This document shows positions 54,071-64,000 of a stretch of 64,000 bases of DNA, piece by piece. The stretch lies in contig OZ004613.1 of NCBI GenBank assembly GCA_963924565.1, forward strand, positions 24,490,001-24,554,000, given 5' to 3'. Numbering within the stretch: position 1 is the first letter of the stretch; each line of letters begins with the position of its first letter. The notes under the pieces were generated by a model. That model ran no database searches, had not been told where the DNA came from, and saw nothing but the letters and a program-made list of their open reading frames with translations. Both the position numbers and the translations under genes were made by a program. Source of the stretch: Ascidiella aspersa. Its lineage: Eukaryota.

Positions 54071-55667
54071 ATTTTTAGGTTACTTTGATAACCAAGTGAT
54101 ATTGCGTCTTTGTTTCCCCAAAAATTTTAAATACCCTGCGAAACAAAACCTGCCTCTTCGTTTCAACGAACCCTCTTTTATGTTGCCACCTGCAAGCAAG
54201 TGGCCGCTTTTTTCTCGCTGCAACGAGCGTTACGTCACACATAAGGCACCAGATGTTTTCCGACTGCTTTCTTCTGCTAGCGAGAAGCTACGGCGGCGGC
54301 AGCAGGGGAAATTTCATCGATCGCCTTGCAATTACATTTGTGCAGTGCCGCGCGCCGCTGCCCTCTGTCCAAGAGCGGATATTGACAGCCAGCTTATGTT
54401 CGTTTCATACGCAAAAGAAATGAGGCGGCCGATTTTATTTTGATGACAAATTCACCCTGCGTTTGATTTGTATTCCTGCGGTTTTGCACAACCTAATTTA
54501 AAACGATATTTCAAGGTTAATGTACCACTTTTAAAAACAGAAAAAAATGTTGTTACTTGCGAGAACTTTTGTTGGAAAAAAAGTTTGGAATCCCATAACC
54601 TTTTTGGGGAAATATTTCAGGTAATAAACCGTTTGGTTTTTTTTCAAAAATATTTAAAAAAGTGTTAAGCTAAAATAGTTATGCTAGCCTTAAAATACCC
54701 CGCACAAGATAATAGAAAGTGCAGTATTGATCTTCGAAAATGAGCAGAACTTACAACAATTTTTGTGACATTTACTTTATATTGCAAAGAAGAGTCGCTT
54801 ATAAATATGTGTTGAAGTGGGCTAATGATCAGAGTATTTTTTGGTTGTAATTTCAAATTTAGGTGTCATCATCAGGGGTCAAACCAGAATTTATGTTTAA
54901 TGGTCATACATTTGAGAGAACCAATTCGACTATTTTTTTAGCTGCCTTCCAAAATGTTTAACATTTATTTATTTTTTTTTTCTTGTTGCTGTTGTATTTG
55001 TAGAAGGTTTATTGCTCATGGGCGTAGGAGTAAAGTAGTATAAAAGAACTAAAAAACACACACGGTTATATAGGGCGCAGAATGCAATTACCATTCCAAT
55101 GTAAACCAATAACTACTGCGCCTTACGAACGAAACACAGGTACGAAATTGATACGATGGTCGAATTCCATGACAGTTGCAAATATTAGGAAAGTAGAACG
55201 TTCAGTATTTTACACACTAGCTTAGATCGTTGTTAAAGCTATACTATGTTGTCAGTCATCTAAGTTAATAGTCAAGATATCAACAAATGGTGAAAATTTT
55301 GTCCAAATCGTGACGTAAAAGTATACGTTGGTCGAGGATGGAGGAACTAGTAGTCGGTTTCTTTTAAGTAGTGCTTTTCAAAGGTTTTAACCTGCGAACC
55401 ACCTTCGCTAGGAACAAATACAAGCTTTTTAATTTTTAAACAAGAAAATTGAAAAATAGACTGTACAACTCTAAAGTTTAAATCAAAGAGACGGATGTGC
55501 TTCAGATACAATAAGACTCAGAAACGAAAAAAACTGCAGAAATCAAAACCAATATTTTTATTTATCTTAAACCACAGAAATGTTGCACTTTTCTTATTAC
55601 TTCACTTAAATTTCTGGTTTTTGGGAAAATGTGTTTATTCCGAATGATAAAAAGTTATTTTAAATTG

Positions 55668-58600
55668 TTACTGTCCCGAGGCTTGGTGACCAGAAACCGT
55701 TAATCGGCAGAAATTGTACACTTTACCGATCACCCCACTTACAATGTCGGAATAAATCAGTGGATTGAGAGCGCTGTTAATGGGCAATAGGACCCCAGCA
55801 CTAACAGCATACACAACCACTGGTAAACTAACCCCAGTCAGTTGAATAAAGGCCAATGTACAAAGTGGAACCCAGCAAGCAAAGTCGGTAAATACGAGGC
55901 GCGATATACGGCTTTGCATCTTTTTAGAACGCTTGCCAGACTTGCCAACGTTGTTAGTGCTTTTCCGGTAGATGACTAGGTAGCAAATGACCATGTAAAG
56001 AAAGAGGGCGAAATTAAGAAACATTATGAAAGCAGAATAACCCCACCCAGCATCGCCAACGTTTACAAAAATTCGTGGCATGCATACACTTGTTTCGCCG
56101 TAGTAACCTATGTCGCCCAATATAGGCAAGTAAGGGATTTTAGATTTAACAAATCTCTTTGTTTCGAACCAGGTCGATGAATTATGTTGTCCCATTCTGC
56201 TGGCTAGGGTACGCAATTCAGTTTTGGTAATCTGGTCAGTTTTGTAAAAGTAGTTTGGAAACCAAACACCAGAGGCAAAATAATCCTCCGAAATAAAAAG
56301 TGGAAGGGTGGAAATTAAGATGGCTAAAAGCCAGCAAGAGACAATTGCTATTCTTCCCCAAATAATTGTTAGTGTTCGAGTAATAAATGGTCGCATAATT
56401 GTAATAACCCGAAATGTGGTCATGGCTGTCATTATAAATACAGAGGTTTCTGTTGAGAGAACCACCAACGCCCCCAAACATGAACAAAATGCGCTTGTAC
56501 GCCACGGTTTATCATGGAAGCAATAGGACCCGGAGAACTGGGCGGCCTTAACACATACAAACAAAAGGTAAAGGCCCATGCAAAAATCGGAAAGTGACAA
56601 GTTAAGCACAAACAACGAGTTGTATTGCATCGCTACAGAAGGTTTATTCCAAGTGAGCATTTCCTTTGCTGTAGTTGCGAAAACCGCCGCGTTTCCAGCA
56701 ATAGACACCAGCGCCATGATCCAAAAAATAGCCTGAATAAACTTGTTTCCAATTAGCTCGTATTGCGACGAAAATATGGTGGCTTCACCATTATCCGGAG
56801 GACATTCGTCACTTCCGTCCGCGCAATCTCGCTTGCCATCCTCAACTTGGCTTTTGTCCACCGAAATTGGAGTTTTATTAAGACAATAGAATCGCGTGCT
56901 TGAACAAAGAGATTCCGCTTCATCCTCTGCGTTCTGGCAATCAATTAAGCCGTCGCACGTTCTGTCCACGTCTATGCTGACACTAGACCCAGACGTGCAG
57001 TAAAATCGCATCGTACAGTTTTTCTCGTCGAAACCGGGCGGACATTCATCATCGGAAAACGCCAGGACTTCTTTTTCACCGTTGCAATATCTCTCCCCAG
57101 TGTCCATGTACAACCTACAGCATATAACCTATTGGATCAATTGTAATTTTTCAATGTAATGGATTTAATTAATTACAGTTTTAAATGTAGTTGTAATGTA
57201 AATGAGGTAATTCATTCTGTGTAATTCCAATTGTAATTGTAATTTTGTCAAATATTTGCTCAATACATTGATATTGAGAAACTTGAAGTTTCAATGCCGA
57301 AATTTGTTATTGATGTAATTAATTACAATTTTTAATGTAATTTAAACATTTAAGGGAGAATTTGTAATTGTAATAAAATTAATGTAATTCATCCAACTCT
57401 CACCTACAGTGATCGTCGCAAAACACAGGCCTGTCTGGGCAAGTTTCGCATTCGTCTGAAAGGTCCTTACATTCTGGGCGACCATCGCACAACGTTGCTT
57501 GAATTTTGCCAAAAATGTTGTGGCAAGTGATAGTGGTCCTCCTGTAAAATTCGTATCCCCCGCACCGAGCAGTGTTGGCATTGTTTGTGCAATTCACAAA
57601 TTCGTTGCACATTCCAGCGGTTTCGTCCACGCATCCCAGATCCTCGTTGCAATAGAACTGACCAGGGGTACAGCGTGTTCTTGACGTTCCAAGTACTTCG
57701 TCGCAAACGGTTTGATCTGCGCAAAAGCACTCGTCGGAGACATCGTAGCAGTCTACAATACCATCGCAAACTTGCTTCGGCGAGATTATGAGCTTCTTGT
57801 CGAAACACTCGAAACAGCTCATCTTCCCGTCTACGAAGCACAGATCAGACGCGTCCGAGCAGTGCGAGATTTCGTCGTAGAGGTTTATCTGCGGCAGGAT
57901 GCAGACCGATCCCGAAAATCCCGTCGGGCATCTAAAGCCAAGATTGTTTTCACTTAGATCGCTCATGATTGAACAGGTATTATAGCCGAGGCAGAACTTG
58001 CGAGCGACTGTTACCTTCCTGTTATCGCACACAAAAGGCGTATGACACAAGTCGGTATCGCATATGCTCGATACGCATGCCCACTCAGGTTCTTTTACGC
58101 CTGGAGTGCCGTTAAAATACGTCTTAAAGGCTACAGGGTGGCAAATGGTCGTGGACCCGTTCATAGTGGTGGCAGTGTACTGCAGCATTTGATCTCTGGT
58201 CTTCACGTCAGGGCAATACATTGTCTGACAAAAGCAAGAAACTGAAAAACTGATGAACGAGGTACTACACTTTTCATCATCGCCGCTTTCACAGTCTAGC
58301 ACGCCGTCATTTATGTATATCAAGTCGATGCACTTCTGCTGCGAGTCGCAGTCGGATTCGTTGAATATACAGCCGCACCTTGCTTGGTTGCTTGTGCAGT
58401 TGCATGCATATTCATCGCTCCAATCACCGCAGTTATTAAAGCCATCGCAAAACTGATCCTTCCAAATGCAAGCAGCGTCGGGCGGGCAAGCGTCTGTTGT
58501 ATTTTGTTGGCAACATTGCGCCTTACCATTAGGGCACACGCAATCGATTTCATCGCTCCCGTCACCGCAATCATTAACGCCATCGCAAACGTTAGTACTC

Positions 58601-60597
58601 TTAACGCAGGAAGGTTGGAGTCCGCAATCGTCACAGGGACAACGGAAGTCGTTTTCCGGACAAATACAATCTCTTTCATCGCTCCAATCTCCACAATCAT
58701 TTTCCAGATTACAGCGCTTTTCCTCTTTCACACTTCCAGCATAGCAAAGCGTTGGAGTTTTAAACGAACTACAGTCGCAATGGAAGTATAAACAGTTACG
58801 TTCATCGCTCCAATCTCCACAGTCATTGACGCGGTCGCACACCTTGCTTTGTTCCACGCAACCCGCATAGTTAGTACAGTTCGCACCTAACCACGAATAG
58901 CAATCGCATTGAAATAAGTCCCACGGACAAGAGTAGCACCATTGCTCATCACTCCAATCGCCACAGTCATTTTCGCCGTCACATTCTATGGCGTACAAGG
59001 ATGCGAGGTAGTTCCCTGTACAAGTACTGTCGTTCGCACATGAGCAAACGAACCAATAATCTGGCCAGTAACAATCCACTTCGTCGCTTCCATCAACGCA
59101 ATCTTTGTAACCGTCACAGGCTTGCCATGCGTCTATGCACCAAGCATCACCAGCACAAGAATCGGATCCAAAACGTGCGCACTTACATTCAAACTTGTGT
59201 ACACACGTGCACATACGCTCGTCCGAGTGATCGGAACAATCATAAAACCCGTCGCATACTTTGCGCGTCTGCACGTTCGCAACTTTGCCAGAGCAAGTCT
59301 GGCCTTTGGCGAAACAGTCGCATATAAACACTTCAGAAGCGAATGTGCAGTTTATTTCATCACTAAAATCACCGCAATCGTCAATTGCGTCGCACACTTT
59401 CAAATTGGTATCTAAACAGCCAGGTGAAGTGGCGCACCCGTCTTGGTTGCAATGGCACTTGAATTGGCCAACGCCGCATTGACAGTTAACCTCATCGCTC
59501 CAATCGCCACAGTCGTTATCACGGTTGCACACCAACTCCCAAGGCACGTAAACAGGAAGTCTAGACTCACATGATCCGTTTCGTGCGCACGCGCAATAGA
59601 ATTGAATGCCAGCGAATTCGCATTCAAGTTCGTCGCTTCCGTCAACACAGTCGTTGATCCCATCGCATTTAGATGCCAACGGTATGCAACTAGTTGGATC
59701 GTGACATTTGTCGTTCACGTAGCGACAACCGCAAGAAAATTCTCCGGCACATTGACAGTCGGCTTCGTCGCTCCCATCGGAACAATCGCTTTTCCCGTCA
59801 CAGGTCTGATGCTCCAAGATGCACACTTCCGGGTAGGCGCACGTGTTGTTATTTTGGCACGCACAGCGAAACGTTCCACTTGCACAAGTGCAGTTGAGCT
59901 CGTCTGTGCCGTCCATGCAATCGAAACGACCGTTGCAAATTTCACTCTCTTTATAGCACCCCTGTCCATAATGGCAGTTCTGGGTTCTTAGTGGGCATCC
60001 GCATTTATATTCAGACTCTTCACAAAGACAGTATTTTTCGTCCGATCCGTTTGGACAATCTTCAATGTAGTTGCAAAGCGACGATTGCGGAATTACAGTT
60101 TGATCTGCATCGCTGAATCCATTAGCACTGAGGTAAGGCGATAGGTCTTCGGTTCTTGGTAGACATGAACATGGAATGGTTTGTTGCTCTGGGTGTGTTC
60201 TAATTGTGTTGCACAATTCTGTTGAAATAAACATTTACAGCGATTTTAAAATCTACCGTTAGCATGAGAATTGATATTTTGCAGGGCAGGAATTACAATA
60301 GCAGTAAATTTAAAAGCGTCATTGCGCAAAAAGTTATGTTTGATTTTAGAACTAAATAAAGGTATAGCTTGATCATGAAAAAGAGCGATTTCTATCTATT
60401 AATTAAATGATGTTAACTTTGCAATTCATTGTCAAGCTACATTACAGATCCGTGCAAAGTGTACCCAAATAAAGGTAAATTTACAAAAAAGATTTTGACT
60501 CACCAAAGTATTGATACCAAAGTGCGTCATGGTACCCTTCACTTTTGAAAACCTGACCTCCAAATATCAGCAGAAACATAAAAACTACGGATTGCAT
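55668..60597 (-). CDS. LDL-receptor class A repeat-rich rhodopsin-family GPCR (GRL101/RXFP-related 7TM, no leucine-rich repeats); ~1451 aa
   Basis: Exon 60597-60504 encodes signal peptide MQSVVFMFLLIFGGQVFKSEG; exon 60218-57404 is 2815 nt of LDLa repeats; exon 57114-55668 encodes the last LDLa modules and the 7TM. About 20 CDGxxDCxDxSDE-type motifs. LGR-type TM motifs: GN (TM1), NLSLSDFCMGLYL (TM2), WRTSAFC, VFTDFACWVP (TM6), LPINSALNPLIY (TM7). Confidence 0.92.
57121..57401. mobile_element. hAT-like MITE (TGTAAT/AATTAC-rich) forming almost all of GPCR intron 2
   Basis: Perfect 8-bp direct repeat ACCTACAG at 57113-57120 and 57402-57409. Degenerate terminal inverted repeats: ttggatcaatt near the left end and aattcatccaa near the right end. 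The interior is made of TGTAAT(T) units. Confidence 0.7.
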
Positions 60598-60833
60598 TTA
60601 TTCTGTCGATTGGCGCTACGCAAAAGTATACCGCTCAAAAATCGAATACAATTCTTGATATGGTGGTAAGCTTTTAATCGTTAATACTGACGACGGAATA
60701 CAACTAAAACTATTCTGTTTCAAACTGAGCAACGTTCGTTATAAAAAGCTCTACCTATAATAGATTAATGAATCGCAGGTGATAAATTTTTGTCGAATGA
60801 TTCGCAACGATTTATCTGCGAAAAAACGATCAG

Positions 60834-61125
60834 TCATGAGTATATAATTAACAAATATATAATTTGCTATTTATTGCTTGCGACTTGCTTATTTTAACGG
60901 CCTGTCTATATAAAGAGTTGAAAATTTTAAATTAGCTGAAGGCGATGATAAAAAAAACCCTTAACCCAATATGTGTGTGAGGTAAAACCATCATGAGTAT
61001 ATAATTGACTAATATTTATTTTACTATTTGTTGCGTTTGATTTTCTTATTCTAACGGGCTGTCAATATGAAGAATGGCATATTCTAAATTAGTCGACGTC
61101 TATGATAAATAAAGCCCTTAACCCA
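60834..61125. repeat. Degenerate tandem duplication (~158-bp unit x2) upstream of the GPCR start codon
   Basis: TCATGAGTATATAATT...TAACGG.CTGTC.ATAT.AAGA...AAATTAG...ATGATAAA...CCCTTAACCCA at ~60834 and ~60992. Confidence 0.8.
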
Positions 61126-62435
61126 TTATTACTGTCAGCTAGTGCCAATTATTTGCAAATATAGCGCTGATTAATGAGACTGTGACGTTGTATTTTTCTG
61201 AAGTCCCCGAGACACAACAAAACGCATTACGAAAATATTCAATTTATATGGTTAGAAAAGTCCCGTTTTGTTATTTGTTTTGTTCCTGAAGCAAGTTTGG
61301 GCGAAAGTGCGTATGTACTACTTCTATCTTTGTCATTTTGTAATGTGGCATTATGTTTTGTTGGACATCCAAAGTTCTCATTCACTTTCTCTTAAATGCA
61401 ATTATTTTTAATAACGCTATTCATGACTTTTTGCGGACTTTCTCTCGATTTTGAAAGTGTTATAATGACTTAAGTGAATGGCATAACTGCACTTAAGTGA
61501 CTTTTTTATATATGGTGTCTTGATTCGACTTAACAAATTTAGAAACATAACAAGGATTTCGACAAAATGTATTATTTAAACAAATTCCCCGGTTTATGGT
61601 TTGATTTTTGGATTTACCTTGCTAAGTGTAATAAGTTAGAATACTGTATAGAAAGCAGGTATTCAAGCCGCTTTTAGTTCGTTTTAACTAAATTTATTTC
61701 GTCTGTTCAACTAAATTTCTATTATTAGCAACGAGAATTGGTAATTCAAATTAAACACGTTATTTTTGTTTGGGGAGCTTTTTGTAAAACAATTTTCAAA
61801 GTACGACCTATGGTATGTCTTCCTGTATTACTTATGAAATCACTCATTGTACAGGTGTTGAAACTTATTGACTGTTGTAATCTTTTGTTGGACAAATTGT
61901 AGGTAATAATGCTATATGTCAAGCATGAAGATTACAATTTTTCTTCATATGAATCATGTTTGTCAAGTTTGTCAATACATTTTAAAGGCTAGACAAACAA
62001 CCCAAACATTTATTAGGCGATCCAAACGTTGGGAAACACTGGTATGGGAAAAAGTTTTCTCAATAGAAGAGTTGCGCGAGCAACAAAAGAATCGGGACAC
62101 TAATTGAACAAAAGACATCATGTTGGACGTTTCTGTTGCGTTTAGATAAAAGCCATGATTAAATTAATGATTTTATTGAAAGCGAAATAATTGTTTTAGG
62201 ATTTTCGAAATTGAATTAAAAGGGCAACGTAAGCTTCTAGGCGAATATTGCAAATGAAATAATATTGTTTATATGCTAACAAGATAAAAATATAGAACGA
62301 AGCACTTTTTTTTTTCAGCCCGAGGCTGCACCCTCGCCAAGGCTTCGTTGCTTCATTCACGAAAATATGTAGCCGACAACCTAAGCGGCTGGTGTAATGT
62401 TTTGCAAGCTAAAGAACATTTAAAGTGATCAAAAG

Positions 62436-62869
62436 CAGTGTTTCTTAACCAGGGTGAATAAAATTTTTGCAGGGGTGAACCAACCAAAAGGGGTAAATAA
62501 GGGGGAACCGTCAGAAATGGATGTCAGCTAGATAATTTTCTGCCGTAAATCAACTACTGAACTGTTTTTTGTTGGTGTTTTGTTTGCTTATTGTACTAGT
62601 GAATTGGTTTGTACTGAGTGTATAAGTACAAAAATTTGGTAACTGTGTTTTGTGCTTTTGTAGCTTTATATCTCTGGACTCGAAAAACTGTAGATTTGTA
62701 ATGGTAAAACTTAGCTTGAGTTGATCTTAACAAAAATCGAAACAACCTAAATCATTTTGTGCTGTTATATATGGACGAGATAGTTTTATCGTATCATGAG
62801 ACCAGGGTGAATGAAATTTGAAGATAGATGCTAGGGGTGAACAAAACTGAACAAGTTTAAGAAGCACTG
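62436..62869. mobile_element. Non-autonomous hAT-type MITE
   Basis: TIRs CAGTGTTTCTTAACC / GTTTAAGAAGCACTG; perfect TSD ATCAAAAG; GGGTGAA subterminal repeats. A related left end occurs at 41261. Confidence 0.88.
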
Positions 62870-64000
62870 ATCAAAAGGCACATTCTATTTTTAGTTTCTA
62901 GTTAGGGTGGAACGTTATACGGTAGACGACAGCCTATCATATCAAGACACCTGAACGAAAGTCTTTGGAAGTTTGTGCGAGTTTTTTTCATTTAATATTC
63001 ACTTTAGTGTAGTCAACTACTGCCTAAATTATCGTACCCGATGGTCTTCTGATACGATGCAAACTGTTATAGTTCTGGCATCACTTTTAAGTTATTGGTT
63101 AAGCTAGACGTGGAGCTCCAGTTTTACCATTGAATTATGTGTGCGAAATTTTGAAAAATGTTTCGACAACAAGCTATTAAAATATTATTGCACTAATCGA
63201 AACCATGTTGTTATTTGCATAAAAAGCGGAACCTCGTGTTGTTATATGCTTACCAGGAGCACTTTAAAAATTGAGTAAGCAACGTCAACACTCGAAGTTA
63301 AACAGGCTTCGTGAACAAGCTTGTGTTGTCACAGTTTTTGCTTAGTTAAACCGGCTAGGATAGGCAGTCGAACGTTATTAAACATTTTTGCTCTAGCATT
63401 ATATCAGTCGCGTCTTACTTTTCTGTAAAAGAGAGGTTATTTTAACGCTGTAAAGTGGTCGTTCACAGCTCTAGCATTCCAAACCCCCAAATGGCCTGTA
63501 TAATCAGTACGATTTTGCACCTACATCAGGCTATATTTTTTTCCTCTGGACGCAATTACTAAACCTTTACACTTTCCTTGCGTTTTACGCAAACTTCGTG
63601 TAATGACAAGGCCGATATTTCTATTAGTATTTGGGTTTACTATGGAACAATTGTAGTAAAGTTTACGACCACATAATTGCTTTTAATGGTGTTTTTTCGT
63701 TTAATGTATATTTTTTCAACAGTGCTCGGGCGATTTTAAACTTTTTGTCTAACAACTTGGTTGTTACAATTATTTACGATAAGCAAAAAATATTGTAATG
63801 CCTATGTCCTGATTTCTCGAAGCAAATGGAGATAACTAATCAAAGTGGCGGATGTGCGATGCAAGCTGGCGGTGGGTTTTTATATGGATTGATTTAAGTG
63901 AGCTTCGTATTGGGGCAATAGAAATGTTACTACTGTTTAGTTCAGCAAACAAGGTAAAAAAGTAAAACTAATTGTAAGAGAAAGAAAATACTATATGGAA

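Noticed and set aside
60219-60234. ATG at 60234 as the GPCR start codon
   Set aside because: It has no signal peptide and sits in the acceptor tract. An upstream exon 60597-60504 supplies a signal peptide in the correct phase.

Overview
AT-rich eukaryotic (animal) genomic DNA with spliced genes and many short transposon relics. The gene content suggests an invertebrate chordate, most likely an ascidian tunicate (inference only). I reconstructed four intron-containing genes by hand from splice signals and frame continuity. (1) The 3' part of a + strand gene (817-11702) with a disordered region and a C-terminal SYCP2/SYCP3-like coiled coil; it can only be read through a U12-type AT-AC intron (2027-2781). 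(2) A complete + strand six-exon gene (20692-28194, ~606 aa) for an unrecognised secreted protein with signal peptide, galaxin-like di-cysteine repeats, coiled coils and several furin-type sites. (3) A complete - strand 17-exon FSTL4/FSTL5-like gene (53793-31705, ~1010 aa) with a large insertion between the Kazal and EF-hand regions. (4) A complete - strand three-exon GPCR (60597-55668, ~1451 aa) of the LGR/GRL101 type with about 20 LDLa modules and no leucine-rich repeats. Its second intron looks like a hAT-type MITE flanked by a perfect 8-bp target-site duplication (CTGTAGGT) that supplies both splice sites, i.e. a candidate transposon-generated intron. Non-coding DNA holds several hAT-like MITEs with 8-bp TSDs, two tRNA-derived SINE copies, Penelope-like hammerhead remnants and tandem repeats. 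Most ORFs in the supplied track are spurious. Family assignments rest on recalled motifs, not on database searches.
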